A program made the position numbers and the translations under genes. A model generated the notes under the pieces. The model searched no databases, had not been told where the DNA came from, and saw only the letters and a list, made by a program, of their open reading frames with translations. A DNA stretch of 64,000 nt from Desulfosudaceae bacterium (GTDB lineage Bacteria > Desulfobacterota > Desulfobacteria > Desulfobacterales > Desulfosudaceae). Shown piece by piece: positions 19,316-28,786 of this stretch (position 1 is the stretch's first letter; each line of letters begins with the position of its first letter). Location: positions 832,001 through 896,000 of the forward strand of contig CAXXDV010000003.1 of the NCBI GenBank assembly GCA_963674745.2. The letters are read 5' to 3'.

Positions 19316-19457
19316 GGGCACTTCTAAAAATTGCCTTTTGGCCCGATGTCGGCGTTGTGCTCAAATTTTAATCCTCGAAATACGACTAAGTATTCCTCCG
19401 GTTAAAATTTTCGCACGCCTTGACCTCGAACCAAAATTCTAATTTTTAGAAGCACCC
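19316..19457. mobile_element. MITE/REP-like long hairpin element
   Basis: gggcacttctaaaaatt / aatttttagaagcaccc ends; nested stems gtgc/gcac, aaattttaatc/ggttaaaattt, aatac/gtatt. Confidence 0.65.
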
Positions 19458-19496
19458 TTTACTTAGGTTCGGGGTCGGGGTTTGAGGTTTTTTTGT

Positions 19497-19520
19497 GTAG
19501 GGGGACGGCGTGCCGTGCCC
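19497..19520 (+). repeat. GTAG REP-like palindrome
   Basis: gtagggggacggcgtgccgtgccc. Confidence 0.7.
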
Positions 19521-19608
19521 GATTCCCTCGAATCCTTGAGCCCTTATGAATCTTAAGTTATAGAAGGAAAAAGACGCTTAACTGCCCGGTTTAGCGGGAG
19601 TTTACATT

Positions 19609-20682
19609 ATGTCACAAAGGTTTGTTGTCCTCGCCGGGCGCAAGGCCCTGCCGATCATCAGGGATGAGGGGCTTGATCCTGCCCGGGTTCAGGTCGTGGC
19701 CGGTGCCGCCGGTGGACCCAAATGGCTGGTTCTGTATGGCCTTGATCGATGGCTTTTCGGTGAATTTTTTAAAAACAGGCAGGCCCCCCTGCATTTAATC
19801 GGTTCTTCCATCGGCAGCTGGCGGTTTGCCGCCGCTTCAGCCAAAAACCCGGTTTCCTGTCTTGATAATTTTAAAGAAGCCTACTTCCGGCAGCGTTACG
19901 CATCGAAGCCGACTGCTGCGGAAGTATCGCTGGAAACCAGAGGGGTCCTGGACGGGTTTATCGGTGAAGATGAAATCCGTCAAATCCTGTCGCACCCGTC
20001 ATTCAGACCGGCCATTCTGACGGTCCGATGCCGTGGCACCGCCCTGGCCAGTGAAACGGTTTTCCCTCAGACGGCGGCGCTTGGTGTTGCCGCGCTGTGC
20101 AATGCTGTTGCCCGATCTTCACTCCGTTTCTTCTTCCGGCGGACCCTGTTCCATCATCCTGCCGGAAACGGGTTCTGGGGCGGGTTTCAGGATTTTCCCG
20201 AGCAGAAGGTCGTCTTGAATGAGGCGAATTTCCGTGATGCGGTTATGGCTTCCGGCGCGATTCCCCTGGTCATGTCCGGTGTTTCGGATATACCGGGCGC
20301 ACCACCGGGGGTTTATCGGGACGGCGGCATCATTGACTATCATTTGAATTTGAATTTTCCCTGCGATTCAGAGGAACTGGTTCTTTTTCCGCACTATGCC
20401 GGGCATGTTATCCCAGGCTGGTTTGACAAAAAAGTGTCCTGGCGTAAACCCGTTTCTGATTATCTGGACAATGTGGTTCTGGTCGCACCGTCGCCGGACT
20501 TTATTGCCGGTCTTCCCATGGGAAAGATCTCCGACCGTAAGGATTTTGGAATATTCCATGGAAGGGACGATGAAAGACTCAAGTCCTGGCAAAAGGTTGT
20601 TGACCAGAGTCGTCGTCTGGCAGATGATTTCGAGGAAGCCGTTGGCGCCGGAAAAATCAGGGCCCTGGTTCAATCGTTCTAA
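19609..20682 (+). CDS. Patatin-like phospholipase family protein
   Basis: GAAGGPKW, GSSIG (GxSxG), DGG motif. Confidence 0.85.
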   Translation: MSQRFVVLAGRKALPIIRDEGLDPARVQVVAGAAGGPKWLVLYGLDRWLFGEFFKNRQAPLHLIGSSIGSWRFAAASAKNPVSCLDNFKEAYFRQRYASKPTAAEVSLETRGVLDGFIGEDEIRQILSHPSFRPAILTVRCRGTALASETVFPQTAALGVAALCNAVARSSLRFFFRRTLFHHPAGNGFWGGFQDFPEQKVVLNEANFRDAVMASGAIPLVMSGVSDIPGAPPGVYRDGGIIDYHLNLNFPCDSEELVLFPHYAGHVIPGWFDKKVSWRKPVSDYLDNVVLVAPSPDFIAGLPMGKISDRKDFGIFHGRDDERLKSWQKVVDQSRRLADDFEEAVGAGKIRALVQSF

Positions 20683-20711
20683 CTTCATGAAATATTCGGG
20701 CAAGGATCGTC

Positions 20712-22007
20712 ATGAAACTATCCGGGTGGGGATGCTATCCGCGCATTGACGCTCAGGGACGTTTTTTCGGGTCTGCCGAAGAGGCGGCCGTTCTGGTAAC
20801 GGATGAACACCCCTGGATTGCCCACGGGGCGGGCAGGAGTTACGGTGACAGTGCCCTGGAGCAGCGTGTCATCTTTACGCGGCGATTTGACCGGCTGATC
20901 GACTTTGATGATCAACAGGGCATCATTCACTGCTCGTCCGGCATGCTTCTGGGGGATATTGTCGATCTGGTACTTTCCCGCGGCTGGTTTCTCAGGGTTA
21001 CGCCGGGCACGAAACATATTACCCTGGGCGGTGCCATTGCCGCCGATGTCCATGGCAAAAACCATCATCAGGCAGGATGTTTCAGTAATTCGGTTTTATC
21101 TGTCCGGCTAATGATGCCGGACGGGCAAGTGCTAACCTGCAGCCGGAAAGAAAATTCCGATCTTTTCCGGGCAACCTGTGGCGGCATGGGCTTGACCGGG
21201 CTGATAATGGATGCCGTCCTGCAACTGGAACCTGTTAACAGCGCCTTCATTACGGAAACCACCATTTCCTGCAAACATCTGGATGAGGTCATCGAAACAC
21301 TTCATCTCTCTCATGAGACCACCTATTCCGTGGCCTGGATAGACTGTCTTGCCGGTGGACAGAAGAAGGGACGCGGCCTGGTCATGCTCGGTGAACACGC
21401 TGATGATGGCGACCTGTCCCGTTCCTGTCCCCGATCGCAGGTTGTCCCGGCCGGATTCCCGTCGGTTCTTCTTAACCGTTATTCCGTAAGCCTTTTCAAT
21501 CAATGCTATTATCGGGCGGCCGGCCGGTCCCGATCAACGCGGGTAACGCTGGATCGCTTTTTTTATCCCCTTGACCGGCTTGAGGCCTGGAATCGGATGT
21601 ATGGCCCGGCCGGGTTTATTCAGTATCAATTCGTCATTCCTGAAGCAGCCCGGACCGGTGGGCTGCGAAAAATTATGGACAAGATAACAAAAGCCCGATA
21701 TGAGGCCTTTCTCGGGGTCTTGAAGCTGTTCGGGCCTGAAAATGAGAATATGCTCTCGTTTCCCATGCACGGCGTTACCCTTGCCCTGGATTTTAAAGTG
21801 AGTCCCGGGCTTTTTTCTTTTCTTGATGAACTGGACCGGATTGTGTTGGATCATGGCGGACGCCATTATTTAGCCAAGGACGCCCGGATCAAATCCCATG
21901 TGTTTGGTGAAGGTTATCCGAAATTGGCGGAATTCAGGCAAATCAGGGAACAATACGGCCTGAAGGATAAAATTAATTCTTTACAGTCAAAAAGATTAGG
22001 GATATAA
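20712..22007 (+). CDS. FAD-linked oxidoreductase, DprE1-like
   Basis: GAGRSYGD, TPGT, ADVHGKNHH, GGMGLTG, YSVAWID, TLALDF, YLAKD. Confidence 0.85.
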   Translation: MKLSGWGCYPRIDAQGRFFGSAEEAAVLVTDEHPWIAHGAGRSYGDSALEQRVIFTRRFDRLIDFDDQQGIIHCSSGMLLGDIVDLVLSRGWFLRVTPGTKHITLGGAIAADVHGKNHHQAGCFSNSVLSVRLMMPDGQVLTCSRKENSDLFRATCGGMGLTGLIMDAVLQLEPVNSAFITETTISCKHLDEVIETLHLSHETTYSVAWIDCLAGGQKKGRGLVMLGEHADDGDLSRSCPRSQVVPAGFPSVLLNRYSVSLFNQCYYRAAGRSRSTRVTLDRFFYPLDRLEAWNRMYGPAGFIQYQFVIPEAARTGGLRKIMDKITKARYEAFLGVLKLFGPENENMLSFPMHGVTLALDFKVSPGLFSFLDELDRIVLDHGGRHYLAKDARIKSHVFGEGYPKLAEFRQIREQYGLKDKINSLQSKRLGI

Positions 22008-22074
22008 AAAACGAATCCAACCACATTTTATAGTTTTATGGATTTAACTTTTAACAGGATAGAAGGAGAAAAAA

Positions 22075-22395
22075 ATGGCTAATACGCGTCTGATAGTAAA
22101 ATTGGAGGAAGAAGAGGGTTATTTCCACCAGAAAGAGCGCGAACAGATTAAGGCCCTCAGAGAGGCGGCAGCCAAGGAAAGTGATTTAAAGTATCGGGAT
22201 GATCATAAGCACCATTGTTTTCGTTGCGGCACCAAGAGCCTGGTAGAAGTGCGCAAGGGGGACGTCGTGGTGGATGTGTGTGTTAACGAAGACTGCGGCG
22301 CCGTGCATCTGGATCCGGGCGAACTGGAAGACATCATCAAGGAGAGCAAAGCCGTCAGAGATATTCGTTCGGCGATTCTTGGCGTTTTTAAATAA
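22075..22395 (+). CDS. Small zinc-ribbon (zf-TFIIB-like) protein with N-terminal charged helix
   Basis: CFRC...CVNEDC...LDPGELE; SD aaggag. Confidence 0.8.
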   Translation: MANTRLIVKLEEEEGYFHQKEREQIKALREAAAKESDLKYRDDHKHHCFRCGTKSLVEVRKGDVVVDVCVNEDCGAVHLDPGELEDIIKESKAVRDIRSAILGVFK

Positions 22396-22415
22396 TACGT
22401 TTAATTTATTGGTAA

Positions 22416-22454
22416 AATACAAAAGAGCCGGGTTTTTCCCGGCTCTTTTGTATT
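22416..22454. terminator. Bidirectional intrinsic terminator
   Basis: 17-bp perfect stem aatacaaaagagccggg/cccggctcttttgtatt between convergent genes. Confidence 0.85.
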
Positions 22455-22461
22455 GTCTTGC

Positions 22462-23106
22462 TTATTCTTCTTTCAGAGATCGGATGAAGGCATCGGCCTG
22501 GGATACGGCCTCTTCCATTTCGCTTACCAGTTGGTCCACATTGGCCTGTATGCCGACGACTTCGTCACTGAGCCCGGCAATGGCCCTGGCATTCAGGTTG
22601 TGCTTCATAAACAGGACCTGATCACGGAGGGGCCGGAGCGCGGGCTCCAGTCTGGCCTCAGCTTTTTTCATGGCTTTAATGAGCGCCGTGTATTTTTTCT
22701 GTGTCAGGTCATACTTTTGCCGGCTTGATTTCCTCAGGCTGTCGCTGGCGTATTGTTTGATTTCCTGACGCCACTCCTTGAACAGGGCCTCGGAAACATC
22801 CTCAACCGCCTGGATTCGATCCCGGACCTTGTCGGCTCCGGCCTCGGTTTTCTGAAGGGTTTTATTTAACCGGTTGTATTCTTTTTCCAGGTCGCCGCCC
22901 TGGAAATTGATAACACTTTTGAACTGTTCAAGGGCCGTTTGAAACTGCTCTTTGGCTTCATTCTGCGTGTCTCGGGCCTCTTTAATCCGGTCGACCATGA
23001 TGTCACGTTTATGGATACCGACTTTTTCCATGGCACCGTAATACATTGAACTGCAACCAATCAGGCCGGTAAGGATCATCGAAACAATAATTGGTAGAAT
23101 TTTCAT
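22462..23106 (-). CDS. DUF2959 family lipoprotein
   Basis: Lipobox LIGC; EKVGIHKRDIMVDR; LFMKHNLNARAI; SD aaggag before ATG 23106. Confidence 0.85.
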   Translation of the reverse strand: MKILPIIVSMILTGLIGCSSMYYGAMEKVGIHKRDIMVDRIKEARDTQNEAKEQFQTALEQFKSVINFQGGDLEKEYNRLNKTLQKTEAGADKVRDRIQAVEDVSEALFKEWRQEIKQYASDSLRKSSRQKYDLTQKKYTALIKAMKKAEARLEPALRPLRDQVLFMKHNLNARAIAGLSDEVVGIQANVDQLVSEMEEAVSQADAFIRSLKEE

Positions 23107-23120
23107 AAATTTCTCCTTAT

Positions 23121-24557
23121 TCAATCTATCTGTAACCGCTCAAAGCCTTCCTTTGAAATTTCCTGAAAAGCTCTGGTGAGGATATCTGAAACATCGGGTT
23201 TAAGGCCAGAGATTTTTTCCCAGTCTCCTTTCCGGGCCGCAGCAAAATAGCGGCTGAATGTTTTTTTCAAGGAGATGTCCCAGCGGGTGGTGACACCCGA
23301 TTTGCCGGAACTGATATGGGCGGAGGGTGGGGGCAGGTCCCGGCGGCTGTGAGCCCAGCTGCTGACATGGGAAAAATAAATCAGGGCCCGGTCCAGAAGA
23401 ATAAAAAGTATCTGATCGCTTTTTAACGGCCCCACACTGACCTGTATACGACCCAGTGACAGTCCCTTGACATCAGCGCGGGTTGCCTGTCGCGCGCCCA
23501 TGGCGGCCGACCCACCGCCGATCAGTCCGCCCAGGGCCGTAAAGGCGCCCAGGCTATGACCGGCCAGAGCCAAATCAATCTTTGCACCCACCAATCCGCC
23601 GCCTGCAGCTCCGGCAGCGGCCAGTTGCCATTGGCTGAGTCCCAGAATCCGCCACGCCTTTTTAGAAAAAAGGTCTTCATTGACAATGGAGTGGGGCGGC
23701 AAAGCCAGGTCAAACAGATTGTGTCTGAACTGCCGGCGTATTTCCAGATGGGTGTTTCTTTCGAATGCCTGGATGTCCTTTCTGTATTTCTGCTCAAGCC
23801 GCTTTTTAGTTTCCGTTACCTGTAATTCATCCCGGCAGGTCGTTCTGGTTGAGTGCCGGGCGGTGATCACCAGGAGTTCCAGGACGGCGCTTACCGTGAG
23901 GTCTATACGGCGCTGCCACTCCAGTTGAAAAGCGTCTATCGCTTCCTGGAGCAGGGGCTGCCATTCCGGGTCAATGTGCTTGAGGCTTTCCAGCAGGTCT
24001 ATCCGTTCGGCAAAGTTGGCCCGGTGAGCGTTGAACAGCCGGACGATGTTGAAGCGTTTTCGGGCTTCATGCTTCCAGTCTTCGATAAACTCGCCCCGGG
24101 CGTGCTCTTTGGTGTTGATAACGACCATGCGCGGAAGGCCGGTAAGGCGAAGAATTTCCATCTCCATAATGTCCACCTGCCGTAACGGCCGCGAACCGTC
24201 TACCACAAAAATAATACCTGCTCCCCGGGCCAGAGGTGAAAAAAGTTCAACCTCATGGGAAAAGTCCGGATTGTCGCGATGGGCGGTAATAAATTCGGCC
24301 ACCATGCAGCCGGCCGGACCGTCATAGCCCGACAGCCATTTCAAGCTCTGACGCGGCTGCTGAAATCCGGGCGTGTCTACAAACCGGATAATTTCGCGAT
24401 CGTCAATTTTGATCATATAGGGCCTGCATACGCGTGTTTCACCGGGGACCGGGCTGATGCGGACGCTGTCGTCCTCGGTCAGGGTGGAGACCACCGATGA
24501 TTTTCCCTCGTTGGGATGCCCCATGACGGCAAAGATGGGAACAGCCGATTTATTCAT
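23121..24557 (-). CDS. P-loop GTPase with DUF3482 C-terminal domain
   Basis: GHPNEGKSS, PGET, DTPG, INTK; glycine-rich hydrophobic hairpin. Confidence 0.85.
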   Translation of the reverse strand: MNKSAVPIFAVMGHPNEGKSSVVSTLTEDDSVRISPVPGETRVCRPYMIKIDDREIIRFVDTPGFQQPRQSLKWLSGYDGPAGCMVAEFITAHRDNPDFSHEVELFSPLARGAGIIFVVDGSRPLRQVDIMEMEILRLTGLPRMVVINTKEHARGEFIEDWKHEARKRFNIVRLFNAHRANFAERIDLLESLKHIDPEWQPLLQEAIDAFQLEWQRRIDLTVSAVLELLVITARHSTRTTCRDELQVTETKKRLEQKYRKDIQAFERNTHLEIRRQFRHNLFDLALPPHSIVNEDLFSKKAWRILGLSQWQLAAAGAAGGGLVGAKIDLALAGHSLGAFTALGGLIGGGSAAMGARQATRADVKGLSLGRIQVSVGPLKSDQILFILLDRALIYFSHVSSWAHSRRDLPPPSAHISSGKSGVTTRWDISLKKTFSRYFAAARKGDWEKISGLKPDVSDILTRAFQEISKEGFERLQID

Positions 24558-26124
24558 GGGTATCTCCCAGATTTTCAATGCGCGTAAAAGGGTCATTCAG
24601 GCTGCCTGCCGCCTGCTCCCAGACCTTCCGGTCGGTCAGGTCCGGGGCGGTAAAACGGTTATCCCTTTCGGGTTTTCCCACCAGTCCCAGGATAATACCG
24701 GTATGCGGACCGGCCGCATGACGCAGGCCGATCAGCCAGGTAATGGTTTCCTGAAGCGGCGGTTGCCAGGCCTCGGTTACCACTACCAGGCGCAACGCTT
24801 CCGCCGGGATGCCCTGTTTCTTTAAAAGGTGTTTAAGTGCCTTTTGATCGATATCCGGGTCCTGTTCAATGGATAAACGGCCGGTCATATCCAGGCTCAA
24901 GTTCCGGGAAATCCGGATTTTCAGGCTTTCGTCGGTAAACAGGTGGGCGATTTCTTCCGGAATCAGGACAATCGCCGGTCCCGCCGGTTGGTCGGTGCTT
25001 CCGCCAGGGGCGGGGGTGCCGGGTAATGATTTTGGCCCCTCTTCCGTAGCTTTGTCGGATGTGTTCGACCCCGCACTTTGCAGTCGCGGTGTCTGCAGGC
25101 GATGAATCAGGCGGTCACAGGCACCGGTTGAAAAACTGGTTTTGGCCAGCACCCGGTGCTGTTTCCAGAACCCCCAGGCCAGAAGGACTGCCCTGGGAAT
25201 CAGTCCGTAACAGAGAATCGCGCAAATCAGAAACGGCCACCACGACACCAGGTCCGGCGTGGTCAGGTGAACAATGCCATCCTTTAAAACCATCCGGCTT
25301 CCCTCGATCTGGGAAATGGTGGGGTGGGCGCTGTCAACCGCCCACGACCAGGGCAGGGAAAAGACTTTCACCATGCGCAGAACGGTATCCGGGGCCGGAA
25401 ACAAGGTGGACTGCCAGCCAAAGGCCAGGTCGGTGATGGCCAGTTTAAGCCCCGTGGTGATCAGAAGCCCCAGGTTGAACCAGATACCGAATAACTGGGC
25501 CAGTATAAATACGGGCCAGAACAGGACCGGGCTGTAAGGCGTATTTTTGATGCGGGCAAGATCAATCAACGTGATCAATCGTTGCCGCGAACGGGCCGGG
25601 AATAAGTTCCGACCCTTTGTGGCCGTTCGGTTGGCCATTCGTCGAAGCAATGTAACGGTCAGGGGATAAAACCCCGCAAAACTGTTTTTTATCCCCAATC
25701 CTGACATCAGGGCTGACAGCCCGAAAAAACCCAGCAACAATAGCTGAGGGACGATCATTACCCAGACGCAGGTAAATATATTGATGGGCGTGGCGCCGCT
25801 GTAAGACAGAACCGACCACGACAGGATCGCGCCGAAAAGAAAAGCGGAAACCGAAACCAGAATACGTGTCAGGGACATGGTCTCATGATACAGTTCGCCG
25901 GGGAAGGGGCCGGCTTTGGATGAAGCCGTTCGTTTTTCATCCAGCCAGTGTTTGATCAGTTCCCGGCGTTCAAAGGGGGGATTGTTGGCTTTGGCGTAAG
26001 CCCGATAAACGGCACGGTCAAAATTAACGGAATCGTCTGTATCGCTGCCGTCCATCTGATCCGGCGAACGGTTCAGAAAATAATCCAGATCCAACAAATC
26101 GCTTGTTTGCCATGGGGTCGACAC
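24550..26124 (-). CDS. DUF2868 membrane protein
   Basis: DLAFGWQSTL, WWPFL..YGLIPR, EAWQPP; overlaps the GTPase start. Confidence 0.8.
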   Translation of the reverse strand: MSTPWQTSDLLDLDYFLNRSPDQMDGSDTDDSVNFDRAVYRAYAKANNPPFERRELIKHWLDEKRTASSKAGPFPGELYHETMSLTRILVSVSAFLFGAILSWSVLSYSGATPINIFTCVWVMIVPQLLLLGFFGLSALMSGLGIKNSFAGFYPLTVTLLRRMANRTATKGRNLFPARSRQRLITLIDLARIKNTPYSPVLFWPVFILAQLFGIWFNLGLLITTGLKLAITDLAFGWQSTLFPAPDTVLRMVKVFSLPWSWAVDSAHPTISQIEGSRMVLKDGIVHLTTPDLVSWWPFLICAILCYGLIPRAVLLAWGFWKQHRVLAKTSFSTGACDRLIHRLQTPRLQSAGSNTSDKATEEGPKSLPGTPAPGGSTDQPAGPAIVLIPEEIAHLFTDESLKIRISRNLSLDMTGRLSIEQDPDIDQKALKHLLKKQGIPAEALRLVVVTEAWQPPLQETITWLIGLRHAAGPHTGIILGLVGKPERDNRFTAPDLTDRKVWEQAAGSLNDPFTRIENLGDTHE

Positions 26125-26315
26125 TGGTTTCTCCAGGGAAGAAATAAAAAAAATCTTTAATGACCAGTGTTATAGCAAAATCAGCCTGGTTTGTCGAGGA
26201 TCTGAAACGTTTCGGTAATCTTCAATATTTAACACGTTATTCACTACTCCCTTATAATATAAATAATATAATAGCCTTGACGGATAAGATTTGAAATTGA
26301 AAAATAAGCCGATTA

Positions 26316-28742
26316 ATGATTAAATTTTTGAGAATCGATTTTGTTTGGGGACTTTGTTTGGTGAAAAAGCTAATGTCCATTCATTTCAGGGAGTTTTTTT
26401 TTGTAGCGCTTGTCATCATCAGTGTATTGACCATCACTTTTTACGATGTTGTTTTTCAGGGTAAAACCTTCAAAGTTACAAATGACGTGCCCCAGGCGGT
26501 TACAACCGGTGTCTATGGCCAGGACCAAAATAAACCGCCATTTCATCTTACCGTTGGCGTAGACCACGCCGTACAGGAAGAACCGCTTTGCGAGTTTATT
26601 AAACAATCCCTGCGGGAGGGCACAATCCCTTTATGGAACCCTCATCAGGCATTGGGTCATCCGCTTGTTGCCATGCTGCATTTGGGGATGTTTTTCCCCC
26701 TGACCTATATTTTATATATTTTTCCACAGGTCATTGCCTTTGATTTGCTTATTTTGTCCCGTTTCTTTTTTGCCGCTTTTTTTACCTATCTTTTCATGCG
26801 GGAGTTAAAATTTAAGCCTGTTGTAGCTGCTGTTGCTGCGGTCACTTTTATGTTGAGCGGCACCCTGCTGCTTTACCAGAACGTCACAGCCAATGCCGAT
26901 ATCATGATTCCCGTTCTGCTTTATGCACTCGAACGCTTGATTCAAAGACCGACGCCTACCCGTACAGTCGTTGCCGCCGTTGCCGCTGCCTTGATGGTTC
27001 TGGCAGGCCATCCCGAGCATGTGTTTATCAATAGCCTTTTTGGATTGGCCTATACTGTTTTTCGTTTGTTTTCCCTTCGCAACCAAGTGCCGATGAGACG
27101 GGTGTGTTCTGTTTTGTTTCTGGCCTTTTTGATGGCGATCGGTTTTTCGGCATTCGGGCTATCTTCCTTCCTTTGGAATTTAAACTCTGAATTCTGGCAT
27201 TCGCATTATCCCGGCACAGGGCTTATGGCTGAAGAAATTCCTTACAAAATTTTTTCCATTATTATGCCCCATTTTTTTCAAGTATCTGCTATGAATTCAC
27301 CGGGATTTCATCCGATAGGGTGGCTGGGAGGATATATCGGCCTTGTACCTGTCTGCCTTGCACTGATAAGTCTCGGGAACTGCCAGCGAAAAGGTTTGAA
27401 TTATTTCTTTGCGGCAGTCGCTTTTTTAGTGATGGCGAAAGCCTATGGGTTGCCAATTGTAAACAGCATCGGCTATCTGCCGGTTTTCGATGTGATTCGC
27501 TTTTCCCTGCATACTCCCGCAATCGTTACTTTCTGCTTCTCTGTTTGCGCCGGTATGGGGGTGAGAACCCTCTTGACAGGAAAGCGCATTGTCATAAAGG
27601 CTTCTGTGGTCGCAGGCGTCATGGCGGCCCTTATTACATTCGCTTTAATGAACTATCAGTCCGAGGTGTCTCCTTTGCTGTCACAAAAAGCAGTGATGTT
27701 GGCGTTTATCTTGCTTTTTCTTTTTCTGTCAGTCGTACTGGTCGTAAGGTTTAAGATTTTTCCGGTCAGGATGACCGGTCTTTTAATTCTGTTGCTGGTA
27801 TGGGGGGAGTTGTTTTTTTATATCTATCGTGTTAAGCCCGACCGGTTTGATTCGTTCCCGCCGGTACCGTATGTCAATTACCTGAAAACGTTGGATGCCA
27901 CCTCCGGCCGGGGCCGTTCCTACGGTCAGTTCTGGACTTTTTTCCCAAATGTCGCCAGCGCTTACGAGGTGGATGACCTGGGGATTTTCGATGGCCTTAT
28001 CCTGAAACGATTTGTTAATTTTGTAAATAATTGTCTGGATTCAAACCATTTTTACAATGATAAAGCCTGCCTCACCACCCTTCGCAACAAGCCGCTGTTG
28101 AGGGTAAAACATTTTCTTGATTTGCTGAATGTAAAATATCTGGTTTTCCCTTCGGAGGCTCTCACAACTCGTTTTCATATCAAAAGTGATGATCTAGAAC
28201 TGATATATGCCCGTGAAGTAAATATTTATAAACGTAAGGGCGTCTTACCCAGGGCGTTTATTGTTCATCAGGCGATTTTTGTCGACTCTGACGATAATTA
28301 TTTTTATCATATGCTTCAAAAATGTCAGGCCTATTTTAACAAGGTTGCCATTATTCGTCATCCACCTGTTGCAGAAATTATTCAGAAAGATGTCGATAGA
28401 AGGTCATTCACCAACTCCACCGCACACATCAGCCAATATTCCCCCAACGAGGTGATTGTCGAGGCGAATATGGACGGCCCCGGTTTTTTAGTGTTGGGTG
28501 ATATGTACCATCCCGAATGGAAGGCCTACATAGATGATCAAATCCCGACGGAAATTTATGAGGCATATGGCCTTGTCAGGGCAGTTTTTTTACCCCAGGG
28601 CAGGCATACCGTTCACTTTGTTTTTCGTCCGGTTTCCTTTTATATCGGATGCCTTATTTCCGCCGTCAGTGTCATATGTTCGCTGGTTCTTATTTTTGTC
28701 GGAAAAAGACGAAGTGGGGGCGCCTTCAAAGGAAGCAGATAA
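26316..28742 (+). CDS. YfhO-family GT-C-like membrane protein
   Basis: PLWNPHQALGHP, LAGHPE, LLNVKY, LPRAF, YHPEWKAYID, RAVFLPQGRHTVHFVFRP. Confidence 0.85.
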   Translation: MIKFLRIDFVWGLCLVKKLMSIHFREFFFVALVIISVLTITFYDVVFQGKTFKVTNDVPQAVTTGVYGQDQNKPPFHLTVGVDHAVQEEPLCEFIKQSLREGTIPLWNPHQALGHPLVAMLHLGMFFPLTYILYIFPQVIAFDLLILSRFFFAAFFTYLFMRELKFKPVVAAVAAVTFMLSGTLLLYQNVTANADIMIPVLLYALERLIQRPTPTRTVVAAVAAALMVLAGHPEHVFINSLFGLAYTVFRLFSLRNQVPMRRVCSVLFLAFLMAIGFSAFGLSSFLWNLNSEFWHSHYPGTGLMAEEIPYKIFSIIMPHFFQVSAMNSPGFHPIGWLGGYIGLVPVCLALISLGNCQRKGLNYFFAAVAFLVMAKAYGLPIVNSIGYLPVFDVIRFSLHTPAIVTFCFSVCAGMGVRTLLTGKRIVIKASVVAGVMAALITFALMNYQSEVSPLLSQKAVMLAFILLFLFLSVVLVVRFKIFPVRMTGLLILLLVWGELFFYIYRVKPDRFDSFPPVPYVNYLKTLDATSGRGRSYGQFWTFFPNVASAYEVDDLGIFDGLILKRFVNFVNNCLDSNHFYNDKACLTTLRNKPLLRVKHFLDLLNVKYLVFPSEALTTRFHIKSDDLELIYAREVNIYKRKGVLPRAFIVHQAIFVDSDDNYFYHMLQKCQAYFNKVAIIRHPPVAEIIQKDVDRRSFTNSTAHISQYSPNEVIVEANMDGPGFLVLGDMYHPEWKAYIDDQIPTEIYEAYGLVRAVFLPQGRHTVHFVFRPVSFYIGCLISAVSVICSLVLIFVGKRRSGGAFKGSR

Positions 28743-28786
28743 AACCCTCGATGTCGGTGGTAATAGGCACTCCAGTCGATAATACT

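Noticed and set aside
20712..22007. Mycobacterial-type arabinogalactan synthesis
   Set aside because: DprE1-like genes are widespread in Gram-negatives and no partner genes are adjacent
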